Source: Paecilomyces variotii (taxonomy: Eukaryota). Taken from it: a stretch of 64,000 nucleotides of DNA. The stretch is taken from assembly GCA_004022145.1 (NCBI GenBank), contig RCNU01000001.1; one strand, given 5' to 3'. The notes under the pieces were generated by a model that did not search any database, was not told where the DNA came from, and saw only the letters and a program-made list of their open reading frames with translations. Below are positions 12,414 through 25,440 of the stretch, in pieces. How positions within the stretch are numbered: position 1 is the first letter of the stretch; every line of letters starts with the position of its first letter. The translations under genes and the position numbers were made by a program.

Positions 12414-15400
12414 CTAAATAACTTCCTTTTATCTTAATAATTTCCCTAGCGCTATTATAGGTCTATTTGCTATATTTATTAAATAAATCTTCTTATACTT
12501 CCTCTTATACTAGGCATTAACTATATATTTTATTTTTATAATAAAAAAATTATATCTCTTAGACAGTTTATATCTTTATAAATCTCCTTTTTTTCTTGCA
12601 ATTTAATAAATTTAAATATTTTTATATCTTTCTCTTTAGTTCTCCTACTTAATCTAAAGTTAATATTATTTATTAAGTATACTTCTTATAAATCTTTTTT
12701 TTTAATCTAATACTTATCTTTTTTTTCTAGCTCTAATTTAATAACTCTTATATCTTTAATAAAAGATCTTATAAAACTTCTTCTCTTAACTTATTTCTTA
12801 AATTATTTATTAAGAATACCTAAATAATAGCCTAATTCTTTTAGTCTATAAAATAAATTATACTTTTTATTATTTTATTTAATAGAGCAATATGCTATAA
12901 ATATACTTAATACTTAAAAGAATATCCTAAGATATAATTATAGTTAATCTTATTATTTACTATAAAGAAAGAAACTTTATAATAAAAAAATTTTATTTAT
13001 ATAGGTATTTTTTTATAAAAACCTATAAAAAAAGTTTGGCTATTATCTGCTAATATTATATTATCTCTAAATTTTTAGCTTATAATAAGCTTATAGTAAT
13101 TTGCTATATCTTTATATATTATATTAATTTTAGCTCTATTATTTATTATAATATTTTAAGCCTTCTTATAACTATTAATTTAAATTGGTAATTTTAGAGT
13201 TATAGCTATATATAGCATTTTATCTTTATTAAGAGGCTTAAGTTATAAAAATATATAAGTATATTAATCTGCACTATTTATTATATACTCTATATTTAAT
13301 ATAAAGGCATTAAATTATACTCCTTTAGTATTATAAAAGACTGCTTTTATTATTACTTACTATAGTTATAATATAAATAGGGCCTTATATAAACTAGGAG
13401 ATAGACTAATAAGGTCCTAGATTAATATCTAAACTCTAGTATCTAATATCTAGTTTATAACTCTTATTATATTAATAATCCTTTTTAGCTTATTTATAAC
13501 TTTAAATCTCTTTAATTTCTATCTCTTTTTTATTTTAATAGTCTTTTTACCCTTACTTTATTTAAATATATTCTTTATTTTTTTTTAATTATTCTTACTT
13601 CTTTTATTATATTTAGAGGCTAATAATTGCTAAATTAGTTTATCTTAATTAAAGGAAATCTTTACTCCTTTTTAATTACTTTTTATAGTTTTTTTTTATA
13701 TAATTGCTTAGTCTTACTTTATCTTTTTTTTATTCTTTAAGATTTATTTAATCTTATTATATTAATAAAATAATAATTTTTTATAATATCCCCTGCTTTT
13801 TCTTTTAAGCTTAAATTATTCTTAATTTACTCTAGTATAATTAACTAGATATTATGTCTAATTAAGCTAATATTTTTTTACTCTTTTTTTAGTCTCTGCT
13901 TAATAATCTCCTTTTATAATATATTTCCCTATATAAAATAAATAACTTTTTTATTTTATTCTTCTAGTTTAAAGTAGAGTTTATAGTCTTCTCCCTAATA
14001 AATAAGTTTTTAATTTAAAAGACTCTTTAAGTTTAAGCAATAAGATTAAATATAATTAAAAGCGTAATAGAAGTTATATAAGTTTAGAGATATTTTTAAT
14101 CTTTTAGCTGGGTTAAATTTTAAAGGCGCCTTAGCTTATATATTTATACTAGTATTAGGTATACTATTATTAGGCCTTCCTATATATTATATACTATATA
14201 GTTTTAACTTCTTAAATTTTTTTATTAATTAATTAATTTATAACTATTCTATTAACTTTACTTCTATATTCTATTATTTAATTTTACTCTTGCTTTTATT
14301 AAGGTAAATTCTATTAAATTTAATAAAAAGTTATATATTATTTTTTTTAGTTGCCTTTTTTTTATAAAGATTACTATATTTTAATCTTTTTTTAATTTGC
14401 TATTATTAAGGTAGTAAAGGGTTTTAATAATTCTTACCCTATTTATTATCTTCTTATAAAAACTAAAATATTTAATAATTAATAGAGTATAGTAATTTAT
14501 ATTTAACTCTTAAACTATTTATTACTTAAGTTCTTTTAAGAGTTTTTAAAAATATTAAACTCCTTATAAGTATTAGCTTAATTTATTTAAAGTTATTAAT
14601 ACTTTTAATACTGCTTAATATTTTTAATTATATTCCTTTAAGTTCTTAGAGCTATTATATTTTATATTTTTAAACCTTTTTAGCTACTAGATATTATATT
14701 TCTTTTAATACTTATTATAATAAATATATTTTTATTTAATTACTTTTGCTAGTTTCAGATAGTTCTTTTTTTTATATTTAAATTATATATTTATTTATAA
14801 TACTACTAACAGGCTATAATAGTTTATAAATTATTTAGTTTTCTTCTCTTCTAAAAGCTAATTTGCTTTATATAGCCTTTTAAAAAGCCTTAGGTAATAA
14901 GTAATATTATCCTCTTTAAAATATAGTGCCCCTAGATTTCTAGGTATTAGTATTTATAAAGCTAATATAACCTAGATTAATTATATTATTAATAGCTTTA
15001 TATTTTTAAATACCTAAGCTATTTATGCCTCTAAACCTAGTAATATTAAGAAGTTAAAAGTTTCTCTATCTTAGCTAATGCCAAAAAGATTAATATTCTT
15101 TTTTATATTTTTCTAAAGGAATAGTAATAAAGATAATAATAAGAAGTTCTTTTACTTTTAATAAATAATTCTTGCTTAATAATTTTTTATTTCTTTTAAA
15201 TTTCTATTTCTTTTTTATATTTATTAAGTTTTTTTTTATATTTAGCAGTCCTTCCTTTTTTTTATTGCTAGTATATATTTTTATTTTATATTATATTTAT
15301 TATCTCTGCTAAGCTATAAGATATATTTATCTCTTTTTATTTATAGTAATAATCTTCTTTAACTGTTTTACTTATCTTTTTACTATTTTTTATCTCTTTT

Positions 15401-15490
15401 TTTAGCTTTTATCTTAATTTTAATTTCTAATTTTTTTTTCTTCTTTATTTCTGCTTAATATTTTAATACCCCTTATATTTAGCTCTAATT

Positions 15491-15831
15491 TATTATAAAA
15501 AAAAGTATTAAGATTTAGTAATAAATCTTAGAGTATAAGGATATAAAGAAAGGGAAGAATAGCTTAGGTCTTTAGGCCCTAAGATAAAGCTAAAAAAGAA
15601 GCTCAGAGAATAAGGTAATATAATAAAAGAGAGGCTGCTTTAATATTAAACTAATATTAAAATATAACTAAGAGAAGATTGCTTATTTTATTTTATATTA
15701 ATTAATTAATTAATACCTTTTCTCCCTTTATACCTTATTAGAAGTATTTAAGCTACCTCTTCTAATAATAGTATATAACTTACTAACTTAATTATATCCT
15801 TAAAACCTCTCTATTATTTCCCCCTACTATA
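15491..15831 (-). repeat. 5' LTR of A2
   Basis: 341-bp family A LTR preceded by the same PBS-position motif. Confidence 0.92.
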
Positions 15832-18800
15832 ATAAGAACCTTTTTAAAGGACTTTCTTAATTTAATATAGCTTTAGCTAGCAATATACTAGTTTAGTAGA
15901 GTAAGATATTTTAAGCTTTATATTATAGAGTAGAATTAATTATCCTTTAATTAATTATTTTTTATAAAGCCGCTTTTTATTATTAAAAACTTTTTTACTA
16001 GCTTCTCTTATATGCTAGATATAAAGCTAAGCCTCTTTTATATCTTAATTTCTAAGCTCTATTTATCTTATATAAAAAAATAAAAAGTCTTCTATAGTCT
16101 TAACTTTATCTTATATTAATATTTTCTAAGTAAGCACTTCTAGTTTAATTAGTAATACTATATTATATCCTATAATTACTCTAAATAGTATTAAACTTAT
16201 AAAGTTCTTAATTATATTTTTATCCGCCTAAATTACTGCTAGAAAGTAATTTATCTAATTTATTTTTATTCCTTTTATAAGTTTTCTAATACTATATATA
16301 AAAGACTTATATATAACTTTAACTGCTTTATTTACTTATAGGTTATATAATATAACCTTAATACAGTTAATCTTATACTTCTATATTAATATATTAATTA
16401 TAGCTTTATTCTCTAGCCCTTTATTATTAATAAGAGTCTTTATTACCTTTTAGTAATAAATCTAGTTTTTCTATAAGAACTTAGTAATAGCTTCTAAAAT
16501 AGGGCTATTAAGCGCTCTATATTTAATTTAGCTAAAGTTATCCTAGAGTATAATAATATAAGTTTTTCCTTTATTAGGCAGTATAATCTTATAGATATCT
16601 AAATATAGTTTTAATTATCTTAATAAAATAAATATTAACTATAAAGCTTTTTCTATGCATTTTTTATCTATTTTTTAATATTTATTATATATCTTTACCT
16701 ATCTAGTAATATATTTATATAGGCCCTTCTATTAATATTAATTAGCTACTTTTTTATATATTGCTTTATATTTTTAATACCTATATTCCTTATAAAGGGC
16801 AATAAAAATCTCTTTTTACTTTTTTTATTGTCAATAACTATATAATAAGGCTAGTTTTACTATGCTCTTTAAAAAAGAATATTATCTTAAACTATATACT
16901 TTACCGCCTCTTTCTTAAACTTAGTATATTATTCCTTATTTATATTATCTAGTTTTATTATAATTTATAGCCATTCTATAATCTATAAAAATTTTTTTAA
17001 CTAATATAATATAAGTATTAGTTAAGAAATCTTATTTAATTTTACTTCTTATATATTAGTATAATAAACTATGCAAAACTATAGATCTAAGAATTTCTCT
17101 ATATTATTATCTTTAGCTTCCTCTAGATCTTATTTTATTGCTGGCTTTTAAGATAATCTATTTATAACTAAATTCTTTCTTCCTGCTATATAGATAATAT
17201 TAAAATTAAATAACTAAATCTAAATAATTTATTAAGTAATTATTAATCTAAGAAGATTTATAGCTATCTTATTTAATTATATAACTAGAGTCTTTATATC
17301 TACTTTTAGCTAAAAGTATATGCTATATAGATATACTTTAAACTTATAAAGAGCCTTTAATACTGCCCTATATTTTAGCTTTTCTTTATTATATTACCTC
17401 TCTACTTATATTTATATTTTACTTTTATATTTAGCCAGATATCTTTTATTAGATTTCTTTTCTTCTTAAATAAATTATATCCTTTATTTATTATTACTAG
17501 TATCTATATTAATAATAATTATTTCTCCTTCTTTATAATTAATTAACTTAAGTATTAGGGCTATTATTAAAGCTACTTTTAAGATATTTATTAAGTCTTA
17601 TTAGTCTAGTCTCTAAAAAAAGTCTTATCCCTTTCTTAATATTAAGTATATTAATTTAGCCTTAATAATATATCTTTTAATCTATATCTAATAATAGGCT
17701 ATAACTCTTAGGAATTCTCTTACTTTTTATAGGTTTTAATATAATAGCTATTTTAAGATCTTAATTACCTTTATAGATTTTAGGTGCCTTCTTTCTATAT
17801 TATATATATATTCTACTATTTTAATTTTTAAAACTATAAATTATAACTTTTCTTTAGTAATAGTTAGACTAGTAAGTTTAAAACTATATAGTACCTTATT
17901 AATATTTTAAATATATTTAAATATAAATCTCTTAATTCTAGGCAAAACTTCCTCTCCTCTATAATTAGTCTTAGGGCCTTATATTAAAGTATTATCTAAA
18001 AACATATTATAGATATTAGGGATATTATTAATAAGCGCTTTTATAACCCTATATATAAATTTTAGTACTATATTAGTCTATTCTTACAATAATCTAGCTT
18101 AGTAAACTAAATTAATCCTAAGTATATAAAAAGCCGTTAAATTATATAACTCTTCTATTAATTCTAACTAATTATACCTAGAGAATAAATTTATTAATAT
18201 AAATACTACTATTCTGCTAAACTCCTCTAAGAATTTATTAGCTAAAGGGGGTAAGTTAGTATTTTATATTATTATTTAGTTAACTTCTATTATTATATTA
18301 ATTAATTAATATTTACTATTTTTCTTTTTTATAAAAAACTAAGGATTCTTATAGGGCTTTTAACTTTATTTAAGAATTTTAACCTCTATCCTCTCTTTTA
18401 CTATTGCTTATATTATACTATAAAATATCTTTAATATTAAGAAGCTTTTAGCCTACTATAGCTTATATTATATAGTCTAGATAATAATTAAAGGTATAAC
18501 TTCTAGGTATATTTATTTAATCTCTTTAAAAATCTATATAAGGGTTATTTCTCTAGCAAAGAGTATTTTTATTAATAATTTTTTCTCTTTTAGCTATAAG
18601 TTTTCCCCTATAATAAGATCTTTTAAGCATTTTAGGGTTAGCCTTATTCCTCTTATTATATCTAAGATCTTTAGCTAAATATAATTAGCAAATTCTCTCT
18701 ATATCTTTTTTATGCTTCTTTAAGGGTTTATATAATAGCGCTCTTAAATAACCTCCTTTTACTCTAATAATCCCCCTAGCACTGCTATAGGTCTATTTAT

Positions 18801-21800
18801 TATATTTGCTAAATAAACCTTCTTATATTTCTTTTTATATTAGATATTAACTGTGTATTTTATTCTTATAGTAAAAAAATCGCATCTTTTAAATAGCTTA
18901 TACCCCTATAAATCTCTTTTTTCTTCTTATAATTTAATAGGTTTAAATATCTCTATATTTTTCTCTTTAATTCTCCTACTTAATCTAAAGTTAATATTAT
19001 TTATTAAATATACTTCCTATAGGTCTTCTCCCTTTTTAATTTAATATTTATCTTTTCTTCTTAGCTTTAATTTAATAACTCTTATATCTTTAATAAAAAA
19101 TCTTATAAAACTTTTTCTCTTAACTTATTTTTTAGATTATCTATTAAGAATATTTAAATAATAGCCTAATTCTTCTAGTTTATAAAGTAAATTATATTCT
19201 CTATTATTCTATCTAATAGAGCAATATACTATAAATATACTTAATACTTAAAAGAATATCCTAAGATATAATTATAGTTAATCTTATTATTTATTATAAA
19301 GAAAAGAACTTTATAATAAAAAGATCTTACCTATATAAGTATTTTTTATAGAGATTTATAAAAGGGGTTTAGCTACTATTTGCTAATATTATATTACCTT
19401 TAAATTTCTAGCTTATAATAAGCTTATAGTAATTTATTATATCTCTATATATTATATTAATTTCGGCTCTATTATCTACTATAATATTTTAAGCCTCTTT
19501 ATAATTATTAATCTAAATTAATAACTTTAGAGTTATAGCTATATATAGCATTTTATTTTTATTAAAAGACTTAAATTATAAGAATATATAAGTATATTAA
19601 TCTATATTATTTACTATATACTCTATATTTAATATAGAGGCATTAAACTATACTCTTTTAATATTATAAAAGACTACTTTTATTATTACTTACTACAGTT
19701 ATAATATAAATAGGGCCTTATATAGACTAGAAGATAAACTAATAAGGTCCTAGATTAATATTTAAACTCTAGTATCTAATATCTGATTTATAACTCTTAT
19801 TATATTAGTAGTCCCTTTTAGCTTATTTATAACTTTAAATCTCTTTAATTTCTGTTTTTCTTTTATTTTAATAGCCTTTTTACCCTTATTTTATTTAAAT
19901 ATATCCTTTATTTCTTCTTTAATTATCCTTACTTCCTTTATTATATTTAGAGGCTAATAATTGCTGAATTAGTTTATCTTAACTAAGAGAAATTTTTACT
20001 TCCTTTTAATTGCTTTTTATAATTTTTTTTTATATAATTATTTAATCCTGCTTTACTTTTTCTTTACTCTTTAAAGTTTATTTAATCTTATTATATTAAT
20101 AGAGTAGTAGTTTTTTATAATATTCCTTGCTTCTTTCTCTAAGCTTAAGTTATTCCTAAATTACCCTAATATAATTAACTAGATATTATATTTAATTAAG
20201 CTAATATTCTTTTACTCTTCCTTTAATCTTTATTTAATAATCTCCTTTTACAATATATTTCCCTATATAAGATAAATAACTTCTCTATTCTATTCTTCTA
20301 GTTTAAAATAGAATTTATAATTTTTTCTTTAATAGATAAGTTTTTAATTTAAGAGATTTTTTAAGTTTAAATAATAAGATTAAATATAATTAGAAGCTTA
20401 GTAAAAGTTATATAAATTTAGAGGTATTCCTAATCCTCTAGCTAGGTTAAATTCTAAAGGTACCTTAGCTTATATATTTATACTAATATTAGGTATATTA
20501 CTATTAGGCCTCCCTATATATTATATATTATATAATTTTAACTTTTTAAATTCTTTTATTAACTAATTAATTTATAACTGCTCTATTAACTTCACTTTTA
20601 TATTTTATTATTTAGTTTTACTCTTACTTTTATTAGGATAAGTTTTATTAGGTTTAATAAAGAATTATATATTATCTTCTTTAATTGCCTTTTTCTTTAT
20701 AAAGACTACTATATCTTAATCTTTTTTTAGTTTATTATTATTAAGGTAATAAAGGGTTTTAATAATTTTTACCCTATTTATTACCTTCTTATAGAAACTA
20801 AAATATTTAATAGTTAATAAAATAATTGTCTATATTTAACTTTTAAACTACTTACTGCTTAAATTTTTTTAAGAGTCCTTAAAGATATTAAACTCCTTAT
20901 AAGTATTAGCTTAACTTACTTAAAGTTATTAATATTTCTAATACTGCTTAATATTCTTAATTATATTTCTTTAAATCCTTAAAGCTATTATATTTTATAT
21001 TTTTAAACCTTTTTAGCTACTAGATATTATATTTCCTTTAATACTTATTATAATAAATATATTTTTATTTAATTACTTTTGCTAATTTTGGGTAGTTCTT
21101 TTTTTTATATTTAAATTATATATTTATTTATAATACTATTAATAGGCTATAATAATCTATAAATTATTTAGTTTTCTTCTTTTCTAAAAGCTAATTTGCT
21201 TTATATAGCCTCTTAAAAAGCCTTAAGTAATAAGTAATATTATTCCCTTTAAAATATAATATCCTTAGATTTTTAAGCATTAGTATTTATAGAGCTAATA
21301 TAACCTAGATTAATTATATTATTAGTGGCCCTATATTTTTAAATACTTAAGCTATTTATACCTCTAGACCTAGTAATATTAAGAAGCTAAGAGTTTTTTT
21401 ATCTTAGCTAATACTAAAAAGATTAATACTCTTCTCTATATTTTTTTAAAAGAATAATAATAAAGATAATAATAAGAAGTTTTTCTACTTTTTAATAAAT
21501 AATTCTTATTTAATAATTTTTTATTTCTTTTAAATTTCTATTTCTTTTTTATACTTACTAAGTTCTTTTTTATATTTAGCAGTTTTTTCTTTCTTTTATT
21601 GCTGGTGCATATTTTTATCTTATATTATATTTATTATCTCTGCTAATCTATAAGATATATTTATTTTTTTTTATTTATAGTAATAATCTCCTTTAGCTAT
21701 TTTATTTATTTTTTTATTATTTTTTATCTCTTTTTTTAGCTTTTATCTTAATCTTAGCTTTTAATTTTCTTTTCTTCCTTATTTCTGCTTAATATTTTAA

Positions 21801-22165
21801 TACCCCCTATATTTAGCTTTAATTTATTATAAAAAAGAATATTAAAACTTAATAGTAAGTCTTAGAGTATAAAGATATAAAAGAAGAGAAAAATAGCTTA
21901 GGTTTTTAAGCCCTAAAATAGAGCTAAAAGAGAAGCTTAAAAAATAAAGTAATATAATAAAGGAGAGGCTACTTTAATATTAAACTAATATTAAAATATA
22001 ATTAAAAGGAGATTGCTTATTCTATTTTATATTAACTAATTAATTAATGCGCTTTCTCCCCTTATATCTTATTAGAAGTATTTAAGCTACCTCTTCTAAT
22101 AATAGCATATAACTTACTGACCTAATTATATCCTTAAAATCTCTTTACTGTTTCCCCTTACTACA
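15832..22165 (-). mobile_element. Family A copy A3 (integrase to 5' LTR; host of A2)
   Basis: Starts abruptly at the A2 LTR end in sequence homologous to A1 ~6082; collinear INT-RH-RT-PR-gag relic; 5' LTR 21825-22165. Confidence 0.9.
21825..22165 (-). repeat. 5' LTR of A3
   Basis: 341-bp LTR with an un-RIPed terminus ...ctaca at 22161-22165. Confidence 0.92.
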
Positions 22166-25100
22166 GTAAGAGAACTAAAGAGAAAGGCGTAGGGATATTT
22201 AAACCTATTAAATTGCAAGAAAAAAAAGGAGATTTATAAGAATATAGGCTATTTAAGAGATATAATTTTTTTATTATAAGAATAAAGTATACTATTAATA
22301 CCTAATATAAAAAAAGTATAAGAAGATTTATTAAATAAATATAGTAAATAAACCTATAATAATACCAGGGGAATTATTAAGATAAAAAAAGGTTATTTAG
22401 GAGTATTATTATATAAACCCTTAAAAAAGTATAAAAGAGATATAAAAAGGATTTACTAATTATATTTAGCTAAAGATCTTAGATATAGCAAAAGAAATAA
22501 GGCTAATCCTAAAATACTTAAAAAATCTTATTATAGGGGAAGATTTATAGCTAAAAGAGAAAGAATTATTAATAGAAATATTCTTTATTAAAAAAGCAGC
22601 CCTTATATAGACTTTTAAGGAGATTAAATAAATATACTTAAAAGTTGCATCTCTAGTTATTATCTAGACTATATAATATAAGCTATAGTAGGCTAAGAGC
22701 TTCCTAATATTAAAGGTACTTTATAATATAATATAAGTAATAGTAAAGGAGAGAATAGAGATTAAAATCTTTAAATAAAATTAAGGGCCCTATAAGAACC
22801 CTTAGTTTCTTATAAAAAAAAATAGTAAATATTAATTAATTAATATAATAATAGAAGTTAACTAAATAATAATATAAAATATTAAGTTACCCTCCTTAAC
22901 TAATAAATTTTTAGAGAAGTTTAGTAGAATAGTAGTATCTATATTAATAGATTTATTCTCTAGATATAATTAGTTAGAATTAGCAGAAAAGTTATATGAC
23001 TTAATAGCTTTCTATATGCCTAAAATTAATTTAGTTTATTAAGCTAAACTGCTGTAAGAATAGACTAATATAGTATTAAAATTTATATATAAGGTTATAA
23101 AGGCGCTTATTAATAATATCCCTAATATCTATAATATATTTTTAGATAATATTCTAGTATAAGACCCTAAGACTAATTATAGAGAAGAGGAAGTACTACC
23201 TAGAATTAAGAGATTTATATTTAAATATATTTAAAATATTAATAAGATATTATATAGTTTTAAACTTACTAGTTTAACTATTATTAGAGAGAAGTTATAA
23301 TTTATAGTTCTAGGGATTAAGATAATAAGATATATATATAATATAGAAGGAAGATATCTAGAATTTATAAAAGTAATTAAGATTTTAAAATAGTTATTAT
23401 ATTAAAACCTACAGGAAGTAAAAAGATTCTTAAAAGTTATAGCCTACTATTAGATATAAATTAAAAGATATATTATTAAGGCTAAATTAATATACTTAAT
23501 ATTAAAAAAGATAAGACTTCCTTTAGGGACTAAACTAATAGAATATAATAAATATTCTAAAAATAGCTTTAATAACAGCCTTAGTATTTAAGTTAATTAA
23601 TTATAAAGAAGGAGAAATAATTATTATTAATATAAACGCCAGCAGTAATAGATAAAGAATATAATTTATTTAAAAAAAGAGAAATCTAATAAGAGATATC
23701 TAGCTAGATATAAAAATAAAATATAAATATAAGTAAAGAGGCAATATAATAAAAAAAAGCTAAAATATAGGGTAATACTAAAAGCTCTTTATAAGTTTAA
23801 AATATATCTATATAATATATACTTTTAGCTAGAAGTAGATATAAAGACTCTAATTATATAATTAAATAGAATAGCTATAAACTTTCCTAAATTAATAATT
23901 ATTTAATAAATTGCTTAAATTTAGCTATTTAACTTTAATATTATTTATATAATAGGAAGAAAGAACTTAATTATAGATAGATTATCTTAAAAGCTAGTAA
24001 TAGAGTAAGATTTAAAAGAAGCTAAAGATAATAATATAAAGAAATTCTTAGATCTATAGTTTTGCGCAGTTTATTATACTAATATATAAGAAATAAAATT
24101 AAATAGGATTCTTTAACTAATACCTATATTATACTAATTAGAAAAATCTTTATAAATTATAGAATAGTTATAAACTATAATAAAACTAGATAATATAAAT
24201 AGAGGATAATATGCTAAGTTTAAGAAGGAGGCGGTAAAATATATAGTTTAAAATAATATTCTTTTTTAAAGAATATAGTAAAACCAGCCTTATTATATAG
24301 TTATTAATAATAAAAAAAATAAAAAAAGATTCTTATTACCCTTTATAAGGAATATAGATATTAAAAATATAAAGCAATATATAGAAAAGTAGCTAATTAA
24401 TATTAATAAAAGGGCCTATATAAATATATTGCTAAATAGGTAAAGATATATAATAAATATTAAAAAGCAGATAAAAAATATATAAAAAAAGCTTTATAAT
24501 TAATATTTATTCTACTAAGATAATTAAAACTATATCTAAATATCTATAAGATTATGCCGCCTAGTAAAAAAAAAACTTATATTATTATACTCTAGGATAA
24601 CTTTAATTAAATTAAATATAGAGTATTTAGCAGCCCTACTTTAAGAGCTATTATTAAGTTCTTATAAAAAAACTAGATTTATTACTAAGAGGTAATAAAG
24701 ACTTTTATTAATAATAGAAAGCTAGAGAATAAAGTTATAATTAATATATTAGTATAGAAATATAAAATTAACTATATTAAGATTATACTGTATAATCTAT
24801 AAGTAAATAAAGTAATTAAAATTATATATAAGTCCTTTATATATAGTATTAGAAAACTTATAAAAGAAATAAAAATAAATTAAATAAACTATTTATTAGT
24901 AGTAATCTAAGCAAACAGAAATATAATTAAAAACTCTATAAATTTAATACTATTTAAAGCAATTATAGGATATAACACAGTACTACTAATTAAACTAAAA
25001 ATGCTTATTTAGAAGATATTAATATAAGATAAAGTTAGGACTATAAAAGACTTTCTACTCCTTTATATAAGGTAAATAAAGCTTAGTAATTAAGATATAG

Positions 25101-25440
25101 AGAAGGCTTAGCTTTATATTTAATATATAAAAAAAGCTAGCAAGAAAGTCTTTAATAATAAAAAATAGCTTTATAAAGAATAACTAACTAAAGAATAACT
25201 AGTTTTACTTTATAATATAAAGCTTAAGATATCTTACTCTGCTAAACTAGCATATTACTAACTAGGGCTATACTAAATTAAAAAAGTTCTTTAGAAAGAT
25301 TTCTATAAGCTTAAGAAGTTAAATAATATAGCTTTTAGAGACCTAATTTATAAAAATTACTTAAAAGACTATTATTTATAAGATAATTAAAGAGATATAC
25401 TAGCAATAAATAATAATATAAAACCTAAGCAAGAGAATTA
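22166..25440 (+). pseudogene. pol relic of A4 (RT-RNase H-integrase)
   Basis: De-RIPed: RLPQGWTN (~23045-23070), FLDD (~23139-23150), RNase H DAS (~23635), HHCC zinc finger (~24345-24460), YNPQANG (~24790), WTGPY (~25258). Confidence 0.88.

Larger units (their letters stand above)
1..15831 (-). mobile_element. Ty3/Gypsy family A copy A2 (1-2237 and 12414-15831; interrupted by A1; 3' part lies upstream of the window)
   Basis: Flanks of A1 rejoin into the sequence seen uninterrupted at 18731-18760; integrase/RNaseH/RT relic in 1-2237, protease/gag in 12414-15490; 5' LTR 15491-15831. Confidence 0.9.

Noticed and set aside
18853-19044. 63-aa ORF from the track
   Set aside because: Antisense to the A3 pol relic; L/F/I/S-rich chance ORF in RIPed DNA
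1-22165. Tandem segmental duplication or assembly collapse
   Set aside because: Copies are independently mutated and joined precisely at LTR termini, with a TSD for A1
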